A DNA stretch of 62,906 bases, filler included, from Octopus bimaculoides (GCF_001194135.2; 8 parts of 7 records of this genome joined end to end with filler, not necessarily neighbours in it), one strand, 5' to 3'; shown: positions 1 through 13,337, counted from the first letter of the whole stretch. Program-made: numbers and translations. The notes: generated from the sequence alone by a model not told the origin.

Positions 1-891
1 TATATATATATATATATCAGGTTATCTTTTAACTGTATTAATTCATCGAGATCCTTGTGGCTCATGTAGTTTCGGAAGCTTTTCAGTTTCAGAATCCATG
101 GCTGTTACAAACAAATGAAGATCATCTCTAGGTACAATTTTTAAGCGATTACAAGATTTTGATAGATAGAAAGGCACTCGGCTAAAATCTGATTCAAGTA
201 AGTAAAAAGTAAGAAGCACAATGAAATATCATTTTCATTCGTGCTATAACAATTTCTCTACTTGTTCATAGGTTATTGATCCCATGAATAAATTTACCTT
301 GGGTTCTTTGATTACTCTGCAATTCAACAAAGCTTTCTTGTAATCTGATATCAACATCAGCCTCACTTGTCCCAAATGTGTCTACAACCTATTTTGCTAA
401 TGCTGAAATAATCTGCTTCTCTAAAGTGGACAATGACGGAACTACAGGAAATATATAGGACATGGAAGCAATTCACAATGCCCAGTGCATAGACAAACTT
501 CACTTTCCAAGAAAGGAAGAAGATAGAGGTTTCTTAAACGCAGATGACACCATCAGTACAACGATATTAGTTTTGAAAAAAACTATGTAGTGAGTAGTGA
601 AGGAAGAATTTTGTCTGCGACCAGAGACATCCAAAAGGTCACTGGAACAGTAAGGGCTGGAGAAATAACGAACGACAAAAGTGACAATTGTTCTTGTGGT
701 AAATGGTGCACTTGGCACAATTACCAAGCTACTATTATGGGGCTAAAAGATTTTGGAACCGAGCGCGTCTTCTGGTTTAAAAATGATATATATTATGCTA
801 AATTTCCTCCATTTCCATAGTTTCAACTCTTGTTTGGGTGGAATAAGGAAAGCTCCCATCGTCGTCGTCTCCATCATCATCATCACTCGAC

Positions 892-894
892 TAA

Positions 895-966
<72 letters not shown>
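892..966. repeat. (TAG)n microsatellite, about 25 units
   Basis: Direct reading; source of the poly-T and poly-V pseudo-ORFs. Confidence 0.97.
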
Positions 967-968
<2 letters not shown>

Positions 969-1227
969 AAAACAAGCAATGATGTTATAGAAAGCAACAG
1001 TGGCAGAATAAAATATACAGCATTAATGCATATAACTATTTATAACATTTATCTTTTAATACTTTAAGTTTATACTTTAAGAATAGATCACGAAAACTTA
1101 TGACAAATTCTTCAAGGTTATACAACGACGACGAAAACAGTAACAGCAACAAGCAACAAGAACAACATAATCAGATCGATCACTGCGGACCTGAGGCCAA
1201 ACAATGGAAGTTTTAATGAATAATGCG

Positions 1228-1425
1228 TACTATTATAGGCACAAGGCCTGAAATTTTTGAGGCGGGTGCTAGTAGATTTCATTGACATCCATACTTGAAT
1301 GGTACATATTTTATCGACCCCGAAAGGGTAGAAGGCAAAGTCGACCTCAGCAGCATTTGAATTCAGAATATAAAGCCGGGGGAAATGCCACTGAGCATTT
1401 TATCACGTGTGCTAACGATTCATCT
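1228..1425 (-). mobile_element. SINE family B, diverged
   Basis: GGCACAAGGCCTGAAATTT...TTTATCGACCCCGAAAGG..AAGGCAAAGTCGACCTC...GCTAACGATTC. Confidence 0.75.
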
Positions 1426-1494
1426 AGTTCATGGCTTTAACGGTACTAAAACGAATAAGAATAATAATTGTTTCTGATTTTCGGTACAGTTCTT

Positions 1495-1681
1495 TTGTTC
1501 TTTTACTTATTTCAATCATTTGAATGCGGCCACGTGTGAGCAACGCCTTAAAGAAATCGACCACATAACTTATTCTTTGTAGGCCTAGTACTAATTCTAT
1601 CGTTCTCTTCTGCCGAACCACTAAGTTGTCAAGCGATTGTTGGGGGGGGGACACGGATACAATGATACACATAAGTATAAA

Positions 1682-1720
<39 letters not shown>

Positions 1721-1888
1721 TTATGACGGGTTTCTTTGAGTTTCCGTCTACCAAACGTGGCTTTGGTCGATTCAAGACCATAGTAGAAGACATTGGCCCA
1801 AGGTACCATGCAGTGGGACTGAACTGCATGGTACTGAACCCGGAACCATGTGGTTGGGAGGCAAGATTCTTACTACATAACCACACCT
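1495..1888 (-). mobile_element. tRNA-derived SINE family A
   Basis: tRNA-like head (GGTTCAGT..CC B box), internal (CA)n, CTTTTACTT tail; homologous to the 31.8-kb and 61.0-kb copies. Confidence 0.8.
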
Positions 1889-2287
1889 AGTGAGTAGTCG
1901 ATATCATCGATCCCAGTATTCAATTAATACTTTAATATATTGACCCTGGGGAGATGAATGGCAAAGTTGGCCTCGACGGGATTTAAACTCGCAATGAGAA
2001 GAGCCGGAACAAATACCACAGCGCATTTCTCTTGATACAGGAAAGATACTTCCAATCCATAGCCCTTAAAATAATTCTATATGATATAGGCTTGAGACCA
2101 CAATATTTGAGGGAGAGTTTTAATCAATTAAATCGCTCCACTGATACATTATTTTATCGAAATAATAAGAATAATGATTTATTTTATTGGCCACAAGGAG
2201 GACGAACAAGGAAGGAGGACAAGACACGGAGGACAAACAGAAACAACAATGAACAGCTACAAGAGCAACTCAAAGAAACCCTTAAAT

Positions 2288-2512
2288 TATTACTACTACT
2301 ACTACTAATAATAATAATAATAATAATTATTATTATTATTATTATTATTATAATGATAATAATACTGATGCTGCTGCTAATTCTACTGCTGTTATTACTG
2401 CTGTTGCTGCTGTGACTGTTAACAAAACAAAGACAATTTCGAAGAAATATAATCATGCATACTTGGAAACGAAATAGTGATTTAAACACCTACAAAGTCG
2501 ATAAAAGATACT

Positions 2513-2549
<37 letters not shown>

Positions 2550-2605
2550 CAGCAGCAGCAGTAGTAGTAGCAGCTGCAGCAGCAGCAGTAGCAGCAGCAG
2601 CAGTT
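2288..2605. repeat. Compound trinucleotide microsatellites (TAC/TAA/TAT/GCT; TAG/CAG)
   Basis: Direct reading at 2288-2415 and 2513-2605. Confidence 0.9.
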
Positions 2606-3259
2606 ACAAAGAAAGCAGTGATAATAAACAACGACAATACGGATGTATATAATAAAATATAATAATCTTTTCTTTTGTAAAAGAAAAAAAACATATAAAT
2701 ACACGGTTAAATACTCTTGGCGGTGGCGTGGGAAATTGTAATGCACGGGTCATTTATGACAGCTCAAGTTATCATCCGTGATACGTACACCAGTGAGGCT
2801 TAGAGAAGGGTAAAGCTTCGTGTTCAGGTAACACTTTACCGTGGTCTGTTGAATACGAGCTGAAACTGGGAACTGAGCTGAGAGGTGGTCACGATGCGCG
2901 TGATATCAAATTCTTGCTATTGGTCTTACTTTCACCAACGCACTGTTTGGTACGCTCTGATTACATTGCGCTTTTCCCGGCAATGATATACATTTCTTTC
3001 TTTCTCTCTATCTTTTTCCCTCACCATCTCTCTCTCGCTCTCTCTATCACTCTCTCTCTATCTCTCTCTCTCTCTTTCTCTCTTTCTTTCTTTCTCTCTC
3101 TCTCTATATATATATCTATCTATCTATCTATCTATNNNNNNNNNNNNNNNNNNNNNNNNNNNNNNNNNNNNNNNNNNNNNNNNNNNNNNNNNNNNNNNNN
3201 NNNNNNNNNNNNNNNNNNNNNNNNNNNNNNNNNNNNNNNNNNNNNNNNNNNNNNNNNNN

Positions 3260-3337
<78 letters not shown>

Positions 3338-3831
3338 CGTGTGTAATCGAGTGTTGTGAATATATTTGTATTGTGAATTAACACCAGATATACGAGTCTA
3401 CGATTGTAAAATGATGAACTCGCTGCCATTCGAGTCGATGACTCGACACCATTCGTGCCGAGTCATACAAACTAAGTTGACATATTTAAGTGCATTTGGC
3501 CGTTTTAAAAGAGAGACACAGAAAACTAACGTAAGTGGCAAATATAAGAAAAATCGAAAAAAAAAGCAATAAATGTAATAAAGCAACCTAATGGGATAAT
3601 GGGTAGAACATCAGACAATATATTTCGTGGCATTCACCTACGTTCTTTACTTTCAGCATTCAAATTGTATCCGTAATCCATTATTCATTCTTTCCTAGAT
3701 CAATAAAAGAGTAGCAGTCGTCATAAGTACACTCCAATGAGAGAGATTCTATGATGTAATACATTCCTGCAGATATAACGTTAAATAACGAAGAAGTAAT
3801 TGTTAAAATCGACATGAACTCTTCATACCTT

Positions 3832-3967
3832 TCACTAAGAATAAATACAAGGAAAAATTACTACTACCTCTTGTTATAACAAGTTGATGCAGGTAATTTA
3901 TCCCACCCCCTCCGAATTTAATTTCATGCAATTGAAAAACCTGCATTAGTTATGGGATGACAAAATA
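3832..3967 (-). mobile_element. Solo left-end fragment (TIR + 5'UTR) of the mariner family found at 23.5-24.7 kb
   Basis: The reverse complement TATTTTGTCATCCCATAACTAATGCAGGTTTTTCAATTGCATGAA...GGAGGGGGTGGGATAAATTACCTGCATCAACTTG matches 23507-23625 and the TIR at 24707-24738. Confidence 0.75.
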
Positions 3968-3968
3968 C

Positions 3969-4013
<45 letters not shown>

Positions 4014-4722
4014 CATACATATATATATNNNNNNNNNNNNNNNNNNNNNNNNNNNNNNNNNNNNNNNNNNNNNNNNNNNNNNNNNNNNNNNNNNNNNNNN
4101 NNNNNNNNNNNNNNNNNNNNNNNNNNNNNNNNNNNNNNNNNNNNNNNNNNNNNNNNNNNNNNNNNNNNNNNNNNNNNNNNNNNNNNNNNNNNNNNNNNNN
4201 NNNNNNNNNNNNNNNNNNNNNNNNNNNNNNNNNNNNNNNNNNNNNNNNNNNNNNNNNNNNNNNNNNNNNNNNNNNNNNNNNNNNNNNNNNNNNNNNNNNN
4301 NNNNNNNNNNNNNNNNNNNNNNNNNNNNNNNNNNNNNNNNNNNNNNNNNNNNNNNNNNNNNNNNNNNNNNNNNNNNNNNNNNNNNNNNNNNNNNNNNNNN
4401 NNNNNNNNNNNNNNNNNNNNNNNNNNNNNNNNNNNNNNNNNNNNNNNNNNNNNNNNNNNNNNNNNNNNNNNNNNNNNNNNNNNNNNNNNNNNNNNNNNNN
4501 NNNNNNNNNNNNNNNNNNNNNNNNNNNNNNNNNNNNNNNNNNNNNNNNNNNNNNNNNNNNNNNNNNNNNNNNNNNNNNNNNNNNNNNNNNNNNNNNNNNN
4601 NNNNNNNNNNATATATATATATATATACACACACATACTCGTACGTATATACATAGATGCGTACGTACATACAATATAACTTGGGTGTGTGTCTATGCCC
4701 TTTTTCTTACCTCCCTTGCCGA

Positions 4723-5199
4723 TCATTAAAATAGTGCTTATCATTCGCTATGAGTTGCTTTGGCTCTTATTTCTAGCAACACTGGTGCTGACTAGTGCCC
4801 TTATTCACTTTAGGTGACGTATATATTTTGCCTTTCGGTTGAAAAATTGCTAACAAGCCGCCCTTATTATTTACAATTTCTGCTTTTACCATTCATGAAA
4901 TCAGTGTATGATTTCTACAGTGATCATATAAGCTAACAAGGCGAGTCGCGCTTAACCCTAGGCACCGGTAAGAGCCATTGACGAGCATTATGTAAATGTG
5001 AAATCATTGGTGATTGGGCTGTGCGCGGTGCTGAGGGACCTTGCTTTACTTGTCAGTCATTAAGATGGTGCTTATCTACCTGTGAGTTGCTTTGAATTTT
5101 ATAGCAATACTAGTGCTGACTAGTGCCCTTAGTCAATTTTAGTGACGTATGTATTTCTGCCTTTTGATTCAAAAGCTACTAATATGCTACCTTTATTAT
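4723..5199 (+). repeat. Diverged direct repeat of about 145 bp (4723-4870 / 5057-5199)
   Basis: TCATTAA.AT.GTGCTTATC...GAGTTGCTTTG...GTGCTGACTAGTGCCCTTA...GTGACGTAT...TTATTAT occurs twice with period 334. Confidence 0.8.
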
Positions 5200-5203
5200 C
5201 TCA

Positions 5204-5850
5204 ATAGCTGAAACGAAGGAACAGCGTGCTTCCGTGAAGTTTTGTTTTCTGCTGGAGAAACTCGCGGCAGAAACAGTTGTAATGCTTCAAACAGCTTACA
5301 AGGACGCTGCTTTGAGCAAAACACAAATTTACGGGTGGTTTCCACGCTTTAGGAATTGACATTTGTCGCTTGAGAACCAACCTCGTTCAGGACGACCGCC
5401 GATCTCCCGAACTAATGAAAAGATCATGAAAATTCATGAACTGATATTGGAGGAACGCCAGCGAACATTTGATGAACTTGTTGATTTGACTGCTGTGTCC
5501 TGGAACTCCTGCCAACGAATTTTGAGCGAGGAATTACGAATGATAAGAGATGCAGCAGAATTTGTCCCTCACTTGCTCACGGAAGATCAAAAGCAGTCAT
5601 GATTGAATGCGTGTCCTGAACTGAAAGAACATTTGCAAGTTGATCCGAACCATTTTTCAAAGGTCATCACTGGTGATGAAAGCTGATACTACGGAATTTG
5701 CAGATGTGGAAGAGATGAAAAAAAAAAAAAAGGAAGTGTAAAAAAGGCATCACTTCGCAAGACTTCCAGCACTGCTTCCATCAGTGGAAAACGCGTCTGA
5801 TCTTATGCATTACTTCAAATGGGGAATACTTTCAAGGCGATAAAGTGTAA
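5204..5850 (+). mobile_element. Degraded mariner (Tc1/mariner) transposase remnant, internally deleted
   Basis: EQRASVKFCFLL, QPRSGRP, FVPHLLTEDQK, KVITGDES and the C-terminal GEYFQGD segment; has stops and frameshifts. Confidence 0.85.
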
Positions 5851-5920
5851 ACATGTAGAACTAAACGAATAAAATAAATTTGCAAAAATGTATGTATGTA
5901 TGTATGTATGTATGTATGTA

Positions 5921-6155
5921 TGAGCACTCTACAGATATCTATACCCTTAACTTAGTTCTCAGTGAGATTCAGCATGACACAGAATGTGACCAGGCTGTCC
6001 CCTGAATTACAAGTACAACTTCTTTTTGCCATTTGGGTGGACTGGAACAAAGTGAAACAAAGTGTCTTGCTCAAAGACACAACACGACGCTGAGAATTGA
6101 ACTCACGACCTTACGATCACGGATCGAACACCCTAACCACTGACCGACGTATATG
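5921..6155 (-). mobile_element. tRNA-derived SINE family C
   Basis: Minus-strand head TCAGTGGTTAG / GAGTTCAATTC followed by GTGTCTTTGAGCAAGACACTT; homologous to the 9.5-kb and 58.5-kb copies. Confidence 0.8.
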
Positions 6156-6222
6156 TGCGTAAAACACACACGCACACACCGAATCGATACAAGAGAAGGA
6201 AGCCAATCGAAAGATAGCCACA

Positions 6223-6273
<51 letters not shown>

Positions 6274-6569
6274 AAATTCATTTTTGGAATTGGATCTCGA
6301 GCTACATCTGAAACTATATATTATAACATGTAAATATTGGGATGAAAAAGCCTTTTTGATAGAATAAATTTTAAGGTTGCACATCTATCTCACGATCTAT
6401 CTATTTGTATATCTAACTGTCTGGGTTTCTCTCTCGGTGTATCTCACGATATAAATACGTGTGTGTGTGTATGTGCGTGTGCATGTGTGTGTGTGTGTGT
6501 GTGTACGAATATGTGTGCATGCGGACGTGTCTACCAGTGTGTGCATGTGTGTGTGTGTGTGTGTGTGTA

Positions 6570-6751
6570 TGACTGGACACTATTCAATTTTTTTTCTCCA
6601 TGTTTTTCTCCTTGTCTCCGTATTCTTTCTGTTGAAGAGCGTAGCTCGAAACGTCAAAGACTTTACGTATTCCCGAGCGTCATACTAATACATCCTTTTG
6701 TTATTTACACCACCTGTCCTCGTCTGTTGTTGTTTTTTCGTATATTCTCCC
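6570..6751 (+). mobile_element. Short repeat with hammerhead-like motif (Penelope pLTR-like), copy 1
   Basis: Homologous to 12945-13131; both end in TTCTCCC+(TA)n; hammerhead-like fold at 6624-6660. Confidence 0.7.
6624..6660 (+). ncRNA. Minimal type-I hammerhead-like motif, core variant CUGUUGA
   Basis: UCUUU-CUGUUGA-A-GAGC-GUA-GCUC-GAAA-CG-UC-AAAGA; perfect stems I and II. Confidence 0.6.
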
Positions 6752-8899
6752 ATATATATGTTATATATATATATATATATATNNNNNNNNNNNNNNNNNN
6801 NNNNNNNNNNNNNNNNNNNNNNNNNNNNNNNNNNNNNNNNNNNNNNNNNNNNNNNNNNNNNNNNNNNNNNNNNNNNNNNNNNNNNNNNNNNNNNNNNNNN
6901 NNNNNNNNNNNNNNNNNNNNNNNNNNNNNNNNNNNNNNNNNNNNNNNNNNNNNNNNNNNNNNNNNNNNNNNNNNNNNNNNNNNNNNNNNNNNNNNNNNNN
7001 NNNNNNNNNNNNNNNNNNNNNNNNNNNNNNNNNNNNNNNNNNNNNNNNNNNNNNNNNNNNNNNNNNNNNNNNNNNNNNNNNNNNNNNNNNNNNNNNNNNN
7101 NNNNNNNNNNNNNNNNNNNNNNNNNNNNNNNNNNNNNNNNNNNNNNNNNNNNNNNNNNNNNNNNNNNNNNNNNNNNNNNNNNNNNNNNNNNNNNNNNNNN
7201 NNNNNNNNNNNNNNNNNNNNNNNNNNNNNNNNNNNNNNNNNNNNNNNNNNNNNNNNNNNNNNNNNNNNNNNNNNNNNNNNNNNNNNNNNNNNNNNNNNNN
7301 NNNNNNNNNNNNNNNNNNNNNNNNNNNNNNNNNNNNNNNNNNNNNNNNNNNNNNNNNNNNNNNNNNNNNNNNNNNNNNNNNNNNNNNNNNNNNNNNNNNN
7401 NNNNNNNNNNNNNNNNNNNNNNNNNNNNNNNNNNNNNNNNNNNNNNNNNNNNNNNNATATATATATGTAAATATACAAACTTACACACACATACACACAC
7501 TCCCATACACCTATTGTATTAATTTATTTTACTGGGATTACAGCAAACATTATATAAGTAACAGATTTTTGGTCTGTAAAAGGTTTTTTCGTTTCTTTCT
7601 TTCTTTTCTTTTTGCTCCACGAGTGCGTTCGATTTATCTTGATAGTTACATGTGTTTATATTCATCATGTGAGTTATGGTGATATGCTTACGACGCTGAA
7701 AGAGCATTAAAATAATGGCCATTTCATTAATTTATTATTGTTTGTTTTCTGTATATCTTTGATAGTAAATTTCTTCTTGTCGACCATCTTCAATCTTTAC
7801 AAGTTGCTGTTATTGTGTTTAGTTACATAAGTTGTGAGAGTTAACACAGCTTCTTTCTTCGTTATAATGACAACACTGTAAGAATATATTATCCTACTAC
7901 ATTCCACAACACTATTCAAGCTTAGTCTCTAATTCTTACATTTCCATGTAGTGGTACGTTGTAAAAGAAATGAACAACAGAGCCTCTTTCAAGTCGCTCG
8001 ATGCGCTAAAACCGGTATCCAATTCTCCCTCGGAATATACTTGCCGTATATTTATGGATACGAAATAATATAGTGACATATACCTCTAAAATACGTAATA
8101 CCCCATAGTTGGAATGCCTTTGCTCAGAAGACTGCTTCTACAGAGATGGCTGTTGGCCTAAAAGATAACACAAGTACGACAGTTAATGCACCAACCTCAG
8201 TAATTCTAAACAATACCACCTCTAATAAAACAATATTCTTTAAGAACGAAACATAAGTTCCAAGCTAAAGCAAACCCTGATGCGTTTTAGACATTCGCTT
8301 GAAATAATTTTATTATATATATATATATATGTAAGCCAGCAATGTAACAGAGGCAAGAAGGTTTCAACAGCCATTGTAACTGGATGAAAATGAATTTACT
8401 GATAATTACCGTACGATGAACGTCTGGTGAACTTATTATCATATGTTTGTAGTATTTCCTTCAAAATAACACACTATCATACCAGATTCACATTGTAGCC
8501 GATACTACAATTAGATTATTCAGTTCACAAGGAAATGACCAGTTGAAAAAGCAGATATGCTAGAAAACTAAACTTAATGTCGTGCATCTACAGAAAGGGC
8601 TTTCAGTGTTTAGCATTGTATCACTTACAGTAAAAGGTGCATTCATGTGAATACATATAGCCGCGGGCTGACCGATGCCTTGTAACTAAATTTGGTAGCC
8701 GGAGGCCAATTATATGTATGTACGTATGTATGTATACCTATATATATATTATATATATGTATGTATGTATGCATGTATGTATGTATATATGTATGTATGT
8801 ATATGTGTGTGTATGTGTAAGTGTGTGTGCGTGTGCGTGTGTGTGTGTATGTGTGCGTGCGTTTGTAAGTGTGTGTATTTGTGTCTGTGCTTGTGTCTA

Positions 8900-9105
8900 T
8901 GTTTGTGTTTGTCTACACCTATTAACAACTAGTGTTGACTTTTTTACCCCCCCCCCCGTAAATTAGCGGTTCGACAGGAGGGAACGAAAGAATAAGTACC
9001 AGACTTTAAAAAATTATTGAGGTCGATATGTTTGACTAAACCGCTCTAGACGGCGCTCCAGCATAACTCTGCAGTTCAATGGCTTGAACATGTAAAAGAT
9101 AATAG
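8900..9105 (+). mobile_element. SINE family A, diverged 3' half
   Basis: TTAGCGGTTCG..GAATAAGTACC..GGCGCTCCAGCAT..GTAAAAGA. Confidence 0.65.
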
Positions 9106-9199
9106 AGAGAGAGAGAGAGAGANNNNNNNNNNNNNNNNNNNNNNNNNNNNNNNNNNNNNNNNNNNNNNNNNNNNNNNNNNNNNNNGAGAGAGAGCGAGC

Positions 9200-9251
<52 letters not shown>

Positions 9252-9504
9252 GGGTACTTTTTCGTTAAGGTAAGATCAACAAAAAGTTCTCCACCCGGTG
9301 AGAGATAAATATTGTTTAATATACACAGGATACAGTTATGTGCTACTAATAGTTTCATACGTTGAAGATATCATTTAGGCAGGTTTTAACACAAGCCTAG
9401 TGTCTCCAAGTAATCGTCGGGTTTAGAGCACATGACTTATACAAGTCACAAATCAGGAAGATCGAACAATGATGTTTATATTTGCGACTTGCACAGGCAA
9501 TATG

Positions 9505-9740
9505 CTTATGGCATTCCGCAGACACGTATACCTTTAACGTAGTTCTCGGGGAGATTCAGCGTAACACAGAATGTGACAAGGCTGGCTCCTTAAAATACCG
9601 GTACAACTCATTTTTGCCAGCTGAGTGGACTGGAGCAACGTGAAATAAAGTGTCTTGCTCCGGGACAACGCGTCGCCGGGAATTGAACTTACGACCTTGC
9701 GATTGTTCGCCAAATACCTTAACCACTAAGCGACGTGCCA
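9505..9740 (-). mobile_element. tRNA-derived SINE family C
   Basis: CCTTTAACGTAGTTCTCGGGGAGATTCAGCG..GTGACAAGGCTGG..AAGTGTCTTGCTC..GGAATTGAAC..TAACCACTAAG. Confidence 0.85.
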
Positions 9741-9771
9741 AACATACATATATATGTGTGTGTGTAGGTGA

Positions 9772-9803
<32 letters not shown>

Positions 9804-11179
9804 GTTTGTACACTTGTGTGTGCACGTGTAAACGAGCGGGATTCGCAACATAAAGGCAATATTTATAATAGATTGTGAAGTCTGAATACCATCTAATAGA
9901 GGCAAATCATAAGTCATGAGAACTCTTCTTCTAGGCTCCTTATACCGGAAAAAACGACAAGATGATCTCAGGAAGTATCCTTAATATTCCCGACAAATTA
10001 ACCGCAAGAATTAGCGGGAATCGGAAATATATTTAAGGTTTAAATCACAAATGCAATGCTATGAATAGAGGAAATCCCAACAGATTCTGTAATAAAAAAA
10101 AACACGATAAAACCGTGTGTTAAATAAACTTAAACAACAAATAACAAATAAGATTTTATGCAGATATGCATATTGATTTTAATGCAATGGTATAACAATA
10201 TAATAAACCCATAACATTTATATTCACATGTATATTGTATATATATTGATTGTTCTCTGTGGATAAGAAGTTTCAGATTTATAGGAAAGAAGAGAGGTGG
10301 CAGTGTTAAAGTTAGTGGTTTTATTATGAACACTACTGAAATAGATGTAAGTAATGTGTGATCACCAGAACCAGGCATTGAAACCTGATAACTAAATCAG
10401 TTCACCGGAAACATGTTCAACATCCACTCTACACTTCTTTGCACACGTACAAATACATAGAATTTGACAATCATACATTGCTTTTGTGTTTTGTTTTGTT
10501 TTGTTTTTATCTACATAGATATGCAACTTCACATTCTCTGGAAAGGATAAATAGAAAATTATGACGCCCACATATAACAAACAAAGATAAAAGAAGAAAA
10601 TTTTTGTAAATTAAATGTGGCTTGATGTTTTTTGCTTAAGTTATACTCATATAATATATATATGTGTGTGTTATATAAGTTATACTCATAATATATATAT
10701 AAATTTCTATTCTTAGTTATTTCTACTCAATATTGGCCATATCAGAATACGGACTTACAAGATTATAAGTCAATCATATCAACCTCAATTGTTAATAAAC
10801 TTGGTGTTTATTTCATAATACACTATTTGTCGATTCGCTAAGTTACACGCCATCGAAGCCTACATCATAACACTAGATTTTAAAGCTGAGAAAATATAAA
10901 TACAGACATGAACACAGGAGCGTGCAAGCATACATACATACATACATACATATACGAGGATATTAACACACTGCCAAAATACCAATCTTGAGAAATTAGG
11001 CATCTCAAAACCTGAAAAGAGAAAGCTGATTCGAAGACTATAGATCCAAAACATCGTTGGAACTGTAAAAATTTGTAAAACTTTCCAGATATTTATCATT
11101 TAGGTATATATGAGCATGTCTAGACATGCAACTATATGCACGAGAATACATACATAAAACAAAACATACTAATCTGCAC

Positions 11180-11490
11180 ATACACATACATACATACATA
11201 TATACATACATACATGCATGCATACATACATGCATGCATACATACATACATACATAAATGCATGCATGCATGCATGCATACATACATACATGCATACATA
11301 CATACATACATACATGCATACATACAACAATGCTCTGTTGATGTTAAAATTCCAATGAAGGAGGCTTGGATCTAGGCTAGAAACGGACTCTTTATTGGCA
11401 AGAAAACTTGAAATGAAACTAAATAACGATATACATACATACATACATGCATGCATACATACATACATACATACATACATACATACGCAC
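11180..11490. repeat. (TACA)n/(TGCA)n tetranucleotide repeat tracts
   Basis: Direct reading; representative of many (CA)n, (TA)n, (GA)n, (TATG)n and (TAGA)n tracts throughout the window. Confidence 0.9.
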
Positions 11491-12210
11491 ACACACTTGC
11501 ACACATGCGCGCACTAACGCATACACCAGCCGTCAAATGCAAACGAATATACTTGGCAACATACAAAAAGCCTTCACTGTGTTAGGAGCCTATGATGTAG
11601 TAAATGGACATGTACATCCGCTTCCCCTTCGTACTATTGTCCCAGTAATACTCCAAGGATAGGACAGCTGGAGGGAAGTCCACTAGAGCATGACCGAATT
11701 TAATTTTCATGTGAATTCAATGAATTAACGTGAAATGAAGTTTCTTTATCTAGAAATCGAACCCGCTACTTCACAATCTTGAACCCAAAACCCTAACCAC
11801 ATTGGCACGCGTCTTAATATAATTAGAAGATATAGAAGATATCTTATAACTATTTATTGACTGACCTTGTCACAATTCCAGTTCCAAAACGCCAGCTATT
11901 AGTGAAACATTCAAGTCCCTATCAACAAAATCATATATATATATATATATATANNNNNNNNNNNNNNNNNNNNNNNNNNNNNNNNNNNNNNNNNNNNNNN
12001 NNNNNNNNNNNNNNNNNNNNNNNNNNNNNNNNNNNNNNNNNNNNNNNNNNNNNNNNNNNNNNNNNNNNNNNNNNNNNNNNNNNNNNNNNNNNNNNNNNNN
12101 NNNNNNNNNNNNNNNNNNNNNNNNNNNNNNNNNNNNNNNNNNNNNNNNNNNNNNNNNNNNNNNNNNNNNNNNNNNNNNNNNNNNNNNNNNNNNNNNNNNN
12201 NNNNNNNNNA

Positions 12211-12241
<31 letters not shown>

Positions 12242-12813
12242 GTGTGTGTATACTGCAAGGTGGGAGATCTGATAGTCAATAACTTGTTACTAGTAGATTA
12301 TTTATAGTTGATTCCTAGGCGTTTAAACCAGCAACAGCTACAAAATTGCTATGTAAAGAGGATAAGTTTTTGGTATAATGCGGACGTATAAGGCAATTTG
12401 TAAAAAATTGTCAAAGAATTCAAAATTAGTCAAGGGTTTCACAAATAGTATACCTACATTCATGTGTATATGCCTTTATTTACAAAATTTATATAAATTT
12501 GCCAGTGAGTGTATTTTGAATTGAAATCTTCACGTAGTCTTTGTATGCTTCGGTTTCTTAACAACTTAATGTATACAAGCATTGAAAGAACCGTACATGA
12601 GTTTGTCACAATAAAATTTGATATGTAGTTACGTTTTGGAATAAAACCATATTTATTTTTTATCAAGCGCAAGTCAAACTTCGGCCCTCTTAGAAACACA
12701 AAGGAAGGAATGCTTATCTTCCATACAGACATGTATTTGATTATTTCACAGGAATCGGCGGGTCAGAGTACACCATCATGTTACAGTGTCTGCTGAATGT
12801 GTATGTGTATACA

Positions 12814-12844
<31 letters not shown>

Positions 12845-12944
12845 GCATCTGTGTATATATTTACGTATATATATCTATATATGTATATATATTTACGTAT
12901 ATATATGTACATTTTATGTATATATTCATATTTTATGTACATAT

Positions 12945-13131
12945 CGCCATGATAGATCGCTGATCACTACACACATTTTTTTCTCTCCTTGTTTCTTTCT
13001 GTGTTCCTTTCTGTTGAAGTGTGTAGGCTCGAAACGTTAAAGCCTTTCTCTATTCCCGAGCGTTATACTAATTCATCCATTTGTTGTCTACACCAGCTGT
13101 CTTCGTCTGTTTTTTTTTCGTGAATTCTCCC
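12945..13131 (+). mobile_element. Short repeat with hammerhead-like motif, copy 2
   Basis: Homologous to 6570-6751; motif at 13007-13042 with a damaged stem II. Confidence 0.7.
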
Positions 13132-13154
13132 TATATATATATACATATATATAT

Positions 13155-13254
13155 NNNNNNNNNNNNNNNNNNNNNNNNNNNNNNNNNNNNNNNNNNNNTT
13201 AATTAATTAANNNNNNNNNNNNNNNNNNNNNNNNNNNNNNNNNNNNNNNNNNNN
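13155..13254. other. Artificial 100-bp scaffold gap (44 N + TTAATTAATTAA + 44 N); linkers also at 32466, 38216, 45664, 50935, 57152 and 60662
   Basis: The same 12-mer with stops in all six frames, always between exactly 44 N on each side, occurs seven times. Confidence 0.95.
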
Positions 13255-13316
<62 letters not shown>

Positions 13317-13337
13317 CATTATTATTATTATTATTAC

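Noticed and set aside
7691-7720. CTGAAGA followed by CATTA/TAATG hairpin
   Set aside because: No GAAA or cleavage triplet follows; at most half a motif.
13199-13210. Recurrent TTAATTAATTAA motif (7 copies)
   Set aside because: Always centred in 44N+44N; an artificial six-frame-stop scaffold linker, not biology.
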